DNA from: Acetobacteraceae bacterium
Lineage (GTDB): Bacteria; Pseudomonadota; Alphaproteobacteria; Acetobacterales; Acetobacteraceae
Assembly (NCBI GenBank): GCA_049964515.1
Contig: JBMFXF010000001.1
Span: 1-48,094, forward strand
Length of the DNA: 48,094 nucleotides
Reading direction: 5' to 3'
The position numbers and the translations under genes are program-made. Positions 1-8,071 of the stretch are shown piece after piece (the stretch's first letter is position 1; every line of letters starts with the position of its first letter). Under the pieces are notes generated by a model. That model saw only the letters and a list, made by a program, of their open reading frames with translations, did no database searches and was not told the origin of the DNA.

Positions 1-313
1 CTTCACCCCGTCCCCCGGCAGGGTGAGCGCCTTCCACGCCCCGGGCGGGCTCGGGGTGCGGGTCGATTCCGCGCTCTATGCCGGGTATGTGGTGCCGCCG
101 TTCTATGACAGCATGGTGGCCAAGCTGATCGTCCACGCCCCGACGCGGGCCGATGCGATCGCGCGGCTGCGCCGGGCGCTCGACGAATTCGCGGTGCTGG
201 GGATCGAGACCACCCTGCCGCTGCACCGGCGCATCGTCGATGCCCCGGCGTTCCAGCGCGGGGACTATACCATCCACTGGCTCGAAGAGTTCGTGCACGC
301 CGCGCCGGGCTGA
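1..313 (+). CDS. accC: Acetyl-CoA carboxylase biotin carboxylase subunit, C-terminal fragment (5' end outside window)
   Basis: Open from position 2. Translation ..FHAPGGLGVRVDSALYAGYVVPPFYDSMVAKLIVHAPTRADAIARLRRALDEF...IHWLEEF closely parallels the C-terminal region of E. coli AccC (..[33 protein letters not shown]..). Stop TGA at 311-313. Confidence 0.9.
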   Translation, partial: FTPSPGRVSAFHAPGGLGVRVDSALYAGYVVPPFYDSMVAKLIVHAPTRADAIARLRRALDEFAVLGIETTLPLHRRIVDAPAFQRGDYTIHWLEEFVHAAPG

Positions 314-337
314 CGGCACCCAGGGAACGCCGCCTCG

Positions 338-1921
338 ATGATGTATTTCAGCCGCCTGAAAGCCACCCTGGTGCTGGCCGTGTGCCTGCTGGGGGTGCTG
401 CTGTGCCTGCCCAATGCGTTCAAATCCCCCGCCCCGTGGCTGCCGTGGCGGACCGTGCATCTCGGCCTCGATCTGCAGGGCGGCAGCTATCTGCTGATGC
501 AGGTCGATATGCAGGCGGTGGTGAAGGAGCGGCTGAACGGGCTGCTGGACAGCACCCGCCAGGCGCTGCGCCACGCCCCGGGCGGGCAGCCGGTGTTCTA
601 TCGCTCGCTGGTGGCCGATGTCGCCAGGAACCGGGTGGTGCTCACCCTGCGCGATCCGGCGCAGACCGACGCCGCGCTGTCGGTGCTGCGGCCGCTGGCG
701 GCGATCGACCCGGCGACCGGCACGCCCGATCTCACCGTCACCTCGCCGGCGCCGGGGCGCATCCTGCTCACCCTGTCGGAGGCGGCGCTGGCCTCGCGCG
801 CCAGTGCGGCGGTGCAGCAATCGATCGAGATCGTCCGCCGGCGCATCGACGCCACCGGCGTGGTCGATCCCGAGATCACCCGCCAGGGCGACTCCCATAT
901 CGTGGTGCAGCTGCCCGGGCTCGGCGATCCGTCGCGGATCAAGCGGCTGCTCGGCCGGACCGCGCATATGACCTTCCAGCTGGTCGATGACAGCGTCGCG
1001 CCGGGCACGGTGCCGCCGCCCGGGGTGTCGTTCCTGCCGATGCAGGCCGACCCGAAGCAGAAGATCGCGGTCTATGACCGGGTCGATGTGGACGGCTCGG
1101 ACCTCACCAACGCCACCGCCGGCACCGATCCGCAGACCGGGGAATGGGTGGTCAATTTTACCTTCAACTCGATCGGCGCGCGCCGGTTCGGCGATGTCAC
1201 CCGCACCCATGTCGGCCGCCGCTTCGCCATCGTGCTGGACGGCAAGGTGCTGAGCGCGCCGGTGATCCGCGAGCCGATCCTGGGCGGGTCGGGGCAGATC
1301 AGCGGCAGCTTCACCGCCCGCTCGGCCTCCGACCTCGCGCTGCTGCTGCGCGCCGGGGCGCTGCCGGCGCCGCTGACGGTGGTGGAGCAGAACTCGATCG
1401 GGCCCGAGCTCGGGGCCGATTCGATCCGCGCCGGGGCGATCGCGCTGGGCGCCGGGTTCCTGCTGGTGATCGCCTTCATGGGCATCTTCTACGGGGTGCT
1501 GGGCTGGTTCGCCAACGTGGCGCTGGTGGTGAACCTGGTGCTGATGCTGGCGGTGATGTCGCTGTTGCAGGCGACGCTGACCCTGCCCGGCATGGCGGGC
1601 ATCCTGCTGACGCTGGGGATGGCGGTGGACGCCAACATCCTCATCAACGAGCGGGTGCGCGAGGAACAGAGGGCGGGCCGGCCGCCGCTGGCGGCGCTGG
1701 AGCACGGGTTCCAGCGCGCCTACCGGACCATCTTCGATTCCAACGCCACCACCTTCCTGGCCCATGTGATGCTGTTCATCTTCGGGTCGGGGCCGGTGCG
1801 CGGCTTTGCCGTGACCATCACCATCGGCATCGCCACCAGCCTGTTCACCGCCTGGATGCTGACGCGGCTGCTGGTGTCGCGCTGGTATATCGCCGTCCGC
1901 CCGCGCCTGCTTCCGGTGTAG
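338..1921 (+). CDS. secD: Protein translocase subunit SecD
   Basis: 527 aa. N-terminal TM helix, large periplasmic region, and a C-terminal multi-TM block with SecD/F-type motifs (GPELGADSIRAG, LTLPGMAGILLTLGMAVDANILINERVREE). Followed 6 nt later by secF. Confidence 0.93.
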   Translation: MMYFSRLKATLVLAVCLLGVLLCLPNAFKSPAPWLPWRTVHLGLDLQGGSYLLMQVDMQAVVKERLNGLLDSTRQALRHAPGGQPVFYRSLVADVARNRVVLTLRDPAQTDAALSVLRPLAAIDPATGTPDLTVTSPAPGRILLTLSEAALASRASAAVQQSIEIVRRRIDATGVVDPEITRQGDSHIVVQLPGLGDPSRIKRLLGRTAHMTFQLVDDSVAPGTVPPPGVSFLPMQADPKQKIAVYDRVDVDGSDLTNATAGTDPQTGEWVVNFTFNSIGARRFGDVTRTHVGRRFAIVLDGKVLSAPVIREPILGGSGQISGSFTARSASDLALLLRAGALPAPLTVVEQNSIGPELGADSIRAGAIALGAGFLLVIAFMGIFYGVLGWFANVALVVNLVLMLAVMSLLQATLTLPGMAGILLTLGMAVDANILINERVREEQRAGRPPLAALEHGFQRAYRTIFDSNATTFLAHVMLFIFGSGPVRGFAVTITIGIATSLFTAWMLTRLLVSRWYIAVRPRLLPV

Positions 1922-1926
1922 CCCCC

Positions 1927-2901
1927 ATGCTGTTCTCCCGCCTGCTGCGTCCGATGTTCCGCCTGGTGCCCGACGGCACGAGGATCCCGTTCATGCGCGG
2001 GCGGTTCATGGGGCTGATCGTCTCGGCCATTCTGTCCTCGGGCTCGATCGCGTTGTTCTTCTATCCGGGGCTGAGCTACGGGATCGATTTCTCGGGCGGG
2101 ATCGTGTTGCAGGTGAAGACGCCGGGGCCGGCTGATTTCGGCGCCATCCGCGCCGCGCTGGCGGCGCGCTCGCTGCCGCAGCAGGGGGTGCAGAGCTTCG
2201 GCGCGCCCGACCAGGTGCTGATCCGACTGGGCGTGCAGCCCACCGCCAAGGCCACCGACGCGGCGGTGGCGAAGGTGCGCGCCGCGCTGGCCGAGGCCGT
2301 GCCGGGGGCGAAGATCCTGCGCACCAACACCATCGGGGCGGCGGTCTCGGCGCAGCTGTTCCGCAACGGCATCCTGGCGCTGGTGCTCTCGCTGGCGATG
2401 ATCCTGGTCTATATCTGGTTCCGCTTCGAGTGGCAGTTCGCGGTCGGCGCGGTGGTGACGCTGGTGCTGGACATCACCAAGACCATCGGCTTCCTGGTGC
2501 TGACGCATTTCGATTTCGACCTGGTGATGGTGGCGGCGATCCTGACCGTGCTTGGCTATTCCACCAACGACAAGGTGGTGGTGTATGACCGGGTGCGGGA
2601 GAATCTGCGCAAATACAAGACCATGCCGCTGCGCGAGCTGATCGATCTGTCGATCAACGAGACGCTGAACCGCACCCTCGGGACCTCGATGACGGTGTTC
2701 CTGGCGGCGCTGCCGCTGGCGCTGTTCGGCGGCGAGTCGATCTCGGGGTTTGCCTGGGTGATGCTGTTCGGGATCGTGATCGGGACGTCGTCGTCGATCT
2801 TCATCGCGGCGCCGATTCTGCTGTTCCTGGGGGAACACCGGCTGCGGCGGGATGCCGCGGCGCCGGCGGCGGCGCGGGCACGGGTGGAGGCGAAGCGCTA
2901 A
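1927..2901 (+). CDS. secF: Protein translocase subunit SecF
   Basis: ATG 1927 is in frame within ORF 1144..2901. 324 aa. Motifs GIDFSGG and LGYSTNDKVVVYDRVRENL plus 6 predicted TM helices are typical of SecF. The upstream part of the long ORF is a frame artefact overlapping secD. Confidence 0.93.
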   Translation: MLFSRLLRPMFRLVPDGTRIPFMRGRFMGLIVSAILSSGSIALFFYPGLSYGIDFSGGIVLQVKTPGPADFGAIRAALAARSLPQQGVQSFGAPDQVLIRLGVQPTAKATDAAVAKVRAALAEAVPGAKILRTNTIGAAVSAQLFRNGILALVLSLAMILVYIWFRFEWQFAVGAVVTLVLDITKTIGFLVLTHFDFDLVMVAAILTVLGYSTNDKVVVYDRVRENLRKYKTMPLRELIDLSINETLNRTLGTSMTVFLAALPLALFGGESISGFAWVMLFGIVIGTSSSIFIAAPILLFLGEHRLRRDAAAPAAARARVEAKR

Positions 2902-3020
2902 CCCTCGTCCTCCGCCTCCTCCTCGCCATCGGTCAGGCGCATCTGCTTGAGCGGCAGCGGCGGATGCTTCTTCCGCATCTCCCGGAAGCGGCGGTCGATG
3001 CCGAACGGCGGTCGGGCTTG
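2898..3020 (-). pseudogene. 3'-terminal remnant (about 40 codons) of a paralogue of the 236-aa gene at 7272..7982
   Basis: Minus-strand translation QARPPFGIDRRFREMRKKHPPLPLKQMRLTDGEEEAEDEG* aligns with the C-terminus of the 7272..7982 product (GKPLSGMARRGREMLKEHQPLPFKQMRLTDGEQELAETED*). The 64-nt DNA core 2922-2985 matches 7299-7362 at 58/64 positions by hand alignment. No credible start codon or N-terminal part is present. Its stop codon overlaps the secF stop. Confidence 0.55.
2922..2985. repeat. Direct repeat copy A (partner at 7299-7362)
   Basis: ctcgccatcggtcaggcgcatctgcttgagcggcagcggcggatgcttcttccgcatctcccgg versus the 7299-7362 sequence: same orientation, 58/64 identical by hand alignment, 4377 bp apart, flanking the giant ORF. 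Confidence 0.8.
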
Positions 3021-3150
3021 CCGTCGGGTCGAAACGTGGTCTAGAAAATGCAACCGTTGGCCGGCGAGGCCGCCATACGGGACATCCGGACCGAGATCGG
3101 CGGAGTTTGGTCCGCTCCCCCAAGGCACCGACGCAAGCGGAGGCAAACCA

Positions 3151-6100
3151 ATGTCCGATGTCCAACCCCCGACCCGTCCCCGCAGCGGCCTGCGCGGCAG
3201 CACCGATGCTCCGCCACGGCCGACGGCGCCCCGCCCGCGGGGGAGCGACGGCGACCTCCGCGCCGACTGGGTCAAGCGGGTGCTGGGTGTCACCGTACCG
3301 CCTCCGGGGCAGCAGCCCCAACCCAAATCCAGCCCCAAGCCGTATCGGACCCGGCGGCAGGAGCTGGAGGACGCCCAGCGGGAGCGTTCGGCGAAGGCGC
3401 TGGTCGAGGCGATGGAGTTCGACGCCAAGCTGATCGACGGCCTGCCCGTTGGCACCAATACCGACGAGATCCGTTCCATCCTGTCCGAGCACGCCGTCAA
3501 GGTCCCGGACGAGACCAAGGCGTTCGCCGGTCTTTCCGATTTCCAGAGCATCCAGGAACTCGCGCCGGAGAAGCGGGAGGGTCGGCTTCGCGGGGTTGCA
3601 TCCGTGCTTGCCGCGGTGAAGGACCGGCGCCAGCGGCTGGCGGCGGCGATCGAATCCGCGCCGCGGCCCTGGAGCGAAGCGGACACCCAGGCGATCGGCG
3701 ATGGGCGGCGGCTGCTGGCGCGCATCAGCGCCCATGTGCCGGAGGAGTTCCTGAGCCTCGGCGATCAGCTGCAGGACCGGATCGCCACCCTGTGCGCCAG
3801 CCCCGAGGAGAAGAAGCAGATCCTGGCGCGCGAGAAGCAAGGCTTCCTCAACAGCAAGGGCGAGGACATCACCGCCACCCTGGGCGGGGCGTTCAAGGAG
3901 GTGATCGAGCCGGTGGGGATGAAGAAGTTCGAGCGGATGAACTTCTTCTTCGACCAGTTCGTGTCCGCCCCGCCGGTGAAGGAGCTCGACAAGCTGGGGC
4001 AGATCACCACCAAGGTGGTGCAGAAATGCTACCGCATCATGGATGCCGGCGGCGATCTCGATGACGTGCAGGCGCTGATGGAGCGCACCGGCATCCCCGA
4101 GACCTGGTGGCCGCCTGCCTTCGTCGAAACGCTACAGGCCTGGCGCAAGGCCGAACGGGAGATGCAGAAGGACCGCGTCAGCAAGCTGATGGCGCAGAGC
4201 GACTACGACTTCACCTCGCCCGGCGACGTGCTGAAATTCTTCCAGGACGTGGCGCACGATGCCGCCGGGGAGGGGGCGTCGGACGCCAAGAAGGCGTTTG
4301 CCCGGATCATCAAGACGCGCGAAGTCTCGACCGCGATCGAGGAGTTCACCAACAGCGTGAAATCGCGTTGGGGCTTTGCGACCGAAACGAAGAACTGCTT
4401 CGAGGCGATGGATTTCAGCACCCTGGAGCCCAGCCTCGCCAAGCAGCTGACCGACAATATCATCTCCGCCGAGAAGCAGCTCACCTCGGTCATCAGCACG
4501 GTCTCCTCGATCGGCGACAACAAGGTGACGAAAGAGCTGCTGCCGGAGGTGGCCAAGCTGGCCGGGGAGCTGGCGCCGGGCATCGCGATCGCGGTGGCGG
4601 GGATCAACCTCGGGCTGGCGCTGGCCGAGCTGGCCGAGCAGACCGCGATGGTGGTGCAGACCGGCAGCATGAAGACGCAGGCGCGCAGCCAGCTGGGCCG
4701 GCGCGACATCCAGGACGGCGGTGCGTTCGTGCTGGCGCTGAACAACGAGCTCGGCGCGCGCAAGACCCTGGTCGCCAAGGCCGGGGTGGATGTGGCGGAT
4801 CAGGGCCTCGCGCTGACCGGAGCGCTGATCGAGGCCGGCGCGATCCATGTCGGCGGCTCCGCGGTGAAACTGGGGCTCAAGGTGGTCGGCAAGACCATCA
4901 AATACGGCGCCAACGCGATTTTCACCGGCATCGAATGGGCCGCGGCCGATCGCGCGCGTGCGCTGCTGGAGCAGGCGCAGGCGGGCAATCCGGTGGCGCG
5001 GATCCAGATTTTCGAGGATTCGCCGATGTACGCGAAGATGTACATCTGCTGTCTGGTGCGCGACGGCAACCCGCTGGCCCTTCGTTTCGTCGAGCAGCGC
5101 GGCATCGACGAATCCTCCATGACCAAGGCGGATTCGCTGATGGTGCTGGCCGAGTTCCTGATGAAGGACGCCGGCCAGCGCAACGAACAGGACGTGCCGG
5201 AGGGCTTCCTCGACGCGCAGTCGGGCGGGATCATCGGCAAGGTTCGTAACTACGGCGGCAAGGCGGTCGATGCGATCGGCAAGAAGGCGGTGCAGGCCGG
5301 CAACGCGATCAGCAAATCCAGCCGCAAGGTCCCGTATGACCCGGATTGGACCTTCAACGGCCCCATTCTGCTGACCGGCGACGCCTGGCAGGGCGTGAAG
5401 GACGCGGCTTACAAGGCCGGGCTGTTCGACGAGTCCACCGGCATCGGGGCGGCGCTGAAGAAGGCCGAGCCGCTGCTGGCGGAAGCGCGCAAGATATCGA
5501 CCAGCGGTGGGCCGCTCGATTCGCCTGAGATGAAGCAGCGCCGCACCAACGCCATGGCCGCGATGGCCGCGCTGGCCGAGGCGAGGGGTGCGGTGTGGAG
5601 CTACGCGCCGCTGGCCAATCCGGGGAAGGACGACAAGCAGGAGCCGCACAAGGGCATGTCCCTGTTCCTGGTACGGCTCAGCGAGGAGATCACCGCGACG
5701 ATCGACCGGATCGAGCAGGCGTTGCGCGAATCCGGTCTCAAGAACGTGGCCTGGGACCCGAAAATCCCGTCCAATCCGCTGGACGCCGTGGCCTGGCAGA
5801 CGAAATGGACCGAGGGGCGGGAAGCCGCCTGCCTGCCGGCCGGCGATGCCGGCATCGGTGCGGGCCTCCGCGCCGCCGCCTCGGCGCGCAGCAAGCGCGA
5901 CGGGCTCGATCGCGCCAAGGACCCGCAGGATCATCGCCGCGCCTCGGTCGCCTTGCAGGAGGCGCTCGGCGAGACGGTCGCGTCCTGCCTGAAGGGACTG
6001 AGCCTGGTCGGCGACGTGCCGGCCATGATGCGCTACGTCGAGGCGGTGCGCGACGCGGCGGCCAGGGAAGCGCGCGACCTGGACGGGGATTTGGCGGGCG

Positions 6101-7188
6101 ATTCGTGGCAGAACGCCCCGCCGGTCGATCCGCCCGAGCGGGTCTCGGCGGCCGGCTGGAAAACCATGTGGGACGCGGCCGGCAATGCCGGCATGTGCAA
6201 CCGTCGCGCCGGCGACGGCGGGCTGTCGGGCGCGCTGGCCGCGCTCGAGAAACAGCTCGCCGTGATCGCCAAGCGGGAGCGCGACCCGAAGAAGCTCGCC
6301 AAGGCGCGCTACGACATGGCGGATGCCTGCGGCAAGGTGTTGTTGGCATTCGAAGCGTTCCTCCGCGCCCAGGACGGCGCCGCCGACCAGGTGACCAACT
6401 ATGCGGTCAATATCCGCAAGCGCGCGATGGCCGAGATGACGGCCGCCGACACCGCGCGTGCCGAGGTCCCATTCTCCGCGCCGCAGAACGTTTCCGCGAC
6501 CGCCTGGGCCACCGCTTACAAAACCGCGGTGGAAGCCGGTGCGGTGATCGAGGCGGATTCGGCGGCGAGTGCGCTGACCAAGGCGCTGACCGATTACGAG
6601 AAGGCGGCGCAGGCCCTGGCGGGGGAGTTGCGCAAGGGCGCTTCCAAGGCATCCCGCGCGGCAGCGCTGGAAGTACAGAAAGCGCTGATCGCGGTGGCAA
6701 AGGCGCTGAATGTGGTGATGGCGGTGAACGGCTACTCCGAGCACCCGGAAATGGGCCGATACCTGCTGGCGGTCCAGACCAAGGTCAAGGAATGGCGGAC
6801 CGCCGACGCCCTGGCCCGGGCCTTGAAAGGGATCGACGATTCCGCGTTCGCACCTGCCGAGTTCACCATCGATCCCGGCCCGTTCAGCAAGATGAAGGCG
6901 GATGCCGAGAAGCTGGGCATCATCGCACCCGATCTGAAGACGGGCATGGGCGACGCGCTCAAGGACGCGAAATCCGCGTTGTCCGATTACGAGAAGAAAC
7001 GGAAGGGCAAGTCCTCCAAGGACCGGGAAGCCGCCGAGAAGGCGCGCCTCAAGGCGCGGGAAGCGGTGACCGGGCTCAAGCCGGTGGTGGAACGCCTGGC
7101 CGGCCTGTCCGAAAGCAAGAAATGGACGGGCTGGGTCGCCGCCGCGGCAAATGTCTGCGAGCAGCAACTGGCCGCTTTGGAGGGGTGA
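3151..7188 (+). CDS. Giant (1345 aa) alpha-helical repeat protein of unknown function, no domain recognised
   Basis: ATG 3151 is preceded by GGAGG (3139-3143). Protein-like composition (K/E/F/Y/N/I present) and GC-rich third positions, unlike the antisense shadow ORF. Pro/Arg-rich N-terminus, Gly/Ala-rich hydrophobic block (about 4560-4945), and five degenerate modules of about 120 aa from about 5330 to the end. No signal peptide seen. Confidence 0.8.
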   Translation: MSDVQPPTRPRSGLRGSTDAPPRPTAPRPRGSDGDLRADWVKRVLGVTVPPPGQQPQPKSSPKPYRTRRQELEDAQRERSAKALVEAMEFDAKLIDGLPVGTNTDEIRSILSEHAVKVPDETKAFAGLSDFQSIQELAPEKREGRLRGVASVLAAVKDRRQRLAAAIESAPRPWSEADTQAIGDGRRLLARISAHVPEEFLSLGDQLQDRIATLCASPEEKKQILAREKQGFLNSKGEDITATLGGAFKEVIEPVGMKKFERMNFFFDQFVSAPPVKELDKLGQITTKVVQKCYRIMDAGGDLDDVQALMERTGIPETWWPPAFVETLQAWRKAEREMQKDRVSKLMAQSDYDFTSPGDVLKFFQDVAHDAAGEGASDAKKAFARIIKTREVSTAIEEFTNSVKSRWGFATETKNCFEAMDFSTLEPSLAKQLTDNIISAEKQLTSVISTVSSIGDNKVTKELLPEVAKLAGELAPGIAIAVAGINLGLALAELAEQTAMVVQTGSMKTQARSQLGRRDIQDGGAFVLALNNELGARKTLVAKAGVDVADQGLALTGALIEAGAIHVGGSAVKLGLKVVGKTIKYGANAIFTGIEWAAADRARALLEQAQAGNPVARIQIFEDSPMYAKMYICCLVRDGNPLALRFVEQRGIDESSMTKADSLMVLAEFLMKDAGQRNEQDVPEGFLDAQSGGIIGKVRNYGGKAVDAIGKKAVQAGNAISKSSRKVPYDPDWTFNGPILLTGDAWQGVKDAAYKAGLFDESTGIGAALKKAEPLLAEARKISTSGGPLDSPEMKQRRTNAMAAMAALAEARGAVWSYAPLANPGKDDKQEPHKGMSLFLVRLSEEITATIDRIEQALRESGLKNVAWDPKIPSNPLDAVAWQTKWTEGREAACLPAGDAGIGAGLRAAASARSKRDGLDRAKDPQDHRRASVALQEALGETVASCLKGLSLVGDVPAMMRYVEAVRDAAAREARDLDGDLAGDSWQNAPPVDPPERVSAAGWKTMWDAAGNAGMCNRRAGDGGLSGALAALEKQLAVIAKRERDPKKLAKARYDMADACGKVLLAFEAFLRAQDGAADQVTNYAVNIRKRAMAEMTAADTARAEVPFSAPQNVSATAWATAYKTAVEAGAVIEADSAASALTKALTDYEKAAQALAGELRKGASKASRAAALEVQKALIAVAKALNVVMAVNGYSEHPEMGRYLLAVQTKVKEWRTADALARALKGIDDSAFAPAEFTIDPGPFSKMKADAEKLGIIAPDLKTGMGDALKDAKSALSDYEKKRKGKSSKDREAAEKARLKAREAVTGLKPVVERLAGLSESKKWTGWVAAAANVCEQQLAALEG
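5330..7185 (+). repeat. Five degenerate coding modules of about 350-410 bp inside the giant ORF
   Basis: Recurrent anchor: aromatic W..x3..W/Y, then G-hydrophobic-x-x-AL-x-x-x-x-x-x-E/K. Examples are DAWQGVKDAAYKAGLFDESTGIGAALKKAEPLL, AVAWQTKWTEG..AGDAGIGAGLRAAASARSK, AAGWKTMWDAAG..AGDGGLSGALAALEKQL, ATAWATAYKTAV..ADSAASALTKALTDYEK and FSKMKADAEKLG..LKTGMGDALKDAKSALSDYEK. Module boundaries are approximate. Confidence 0.6.
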
Positions 7189-7194
7189 GTCGGC

Positions 7195-7249
7195 GACCGC
7201 GCGCGACCGCTCGCGCGCGGTCCGGCCCCGCACCCGCCGGTGCGGGCCG
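7195..7249. terminator. Two adjacent GC-rich hairpins between convergent genes (probable bidirectional terminator)
   Basis: Perfect 12-bp stem gaccgcgcgcga / tcgcgcgcggtc (7195-7206 / 7211-7222, loop ccgc). It is followed by an imperfect stem cggccccgcac / gtgcgggccg (7223-7249). Located between the stop of the giant ORF (7188) and the stop of the 236-aa gene (7272). No clear U-tract. Confidence 0.5.
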
Positions 7250-7271
7250 GACTCCGGCTTGACGCTGCGCC

Positions 7272-7982
7272 CTAATCCTCGGTCTCGGCGAGCTCCTGCT
7301 CGCCGTCGGTCAGGCGCATCTGCTTGAACGGCAGCGGCTGGTGCTCCTTCAGCATCTCCCGGCCGCGGCGGGCCATGCCGGACAGCGGCTTGCCCTCCAC
7401 CGCCAGGGTCAGGACATCGCCCTTTTTCTCGTCGCCGGCGGCGGTGCCCCAGGTCACGGCGTGGATTCCGGTCTCCCGCACCAGCAACCCCATCAGCGCC
7501 TTGCCGCCCTTGGAGCGATGCAGCGCCATCCGACTGTCCTCCGGCTTCTGGCCCAGCGCCAGGGCGAAGTTCATCCGCAGCCCGCCATGCACCCGTTTCA
7601 GCGCCTTCAGCAGATAGGCGCGGAACGCCGCGGGGGTGGCGAAATCCTTTGCCGCCAGATCGTCGGCGAGTTTCTCGAGACGCTTGCGCTCGGCGGCGAT
7701 GTCGCGGTCGAGCCGGCGCAGCGCGGTGGCCAGCGCGGCCCCGTCGGGGATGGTCTTCGACTTCTCGGCCTCGGCCGCGGCGGCCTGGGCGGCGCCTTCC
7801 ACCTGCTCCAGCCGGTCCTCGGCCTGTTCGATCGTCTCTTCGTCGATCTCGCGGTCCAGGCGCTTGCGCGCCGATTCCCACGCGCGTAACGCGATTTCCA
7901 GCTTGGGCGCGGCGCGCAGCCCCTTGGGCTGGTTGTCCTGCCACCACCGTACCGTCAGTTCCGGCGGATCCTGTCGCGCCAC
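7272..7982 (-). CDS. Hypothetical 236-aa protein: N-terminal module related to the giant-ORF repeats, C-terminal conserved tail ..PLPFKQMRLTDGE..
   Basis: GTG start at 7982 with GGGAGG 6-11 nt upstream on the minus strand. Balanced, charged, helical N-half and a beta-like C-half. A remnant paralogue at 2898-3020 shows the C-terminus is a conserved coding sequence. Confidence 0.8.
   Translation of the reverse strand: MARQDPPELTVRWWQDNQPKGLRAAPKLEIALRAWESARKRLDREIDEETIEQAEDRLEQVEGAAQAAAAEAEKSKTIPDGAALATALRRLDRDIAAERKRLEKLADDLAAKDFATPAAFRAYLLKALKRVHGGLRMNFALALGQKPEDSRMALHRSKGGKALMGLLVRETGIHAVTWGTAAGDEKKGDVLTLAVEGKPLSGMARRGREMLKEHQPLPFKQMRLTDGEQELAETED
7299..7362. repeat. Direct repeat copy B (partner at 2922-2985)
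   Basis: See copy A. It lies inside the 3' end of the intact 236-aa gene. Confidence 0.8.
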
Positions 7983-8071
7983 GCTTGCCTCCCGGGTTTC
8001 GGGCTTTCGCCGCCATCCTAGCCCATGTTACGCTCCGCGCCGAGACCAATCGCCCGACGGGGAGAGCGCGG

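Noticed and set aside
2947-3150. N-terminal 68-codon extension of the giant ORF, which the ORF track starts at 2947.
   Set aside because: The extension is Arg/Cys/Gly-rich and lies over the remnant of the minus-strand paralogue. ATG 3151 has a well-placed GGAGG, and the sequence becomes protein-like only from there.
4132-8049. 1305-aa minus-strand ORF antisense to the giant ORF and overlapping the 236-aa gene. The 706-aa ORF at 1720..3840 (-) is similar.
   Set aside because: The translation is dominated by Arg/Gly/Pro/His/Ala with long charged runs and no domain-like segments. This is the usual shadow ORF of high-GC DNA. The plus-strand frames (secD/secF, giant ORF) have an RBS, balanced composition and recognisable motifs.
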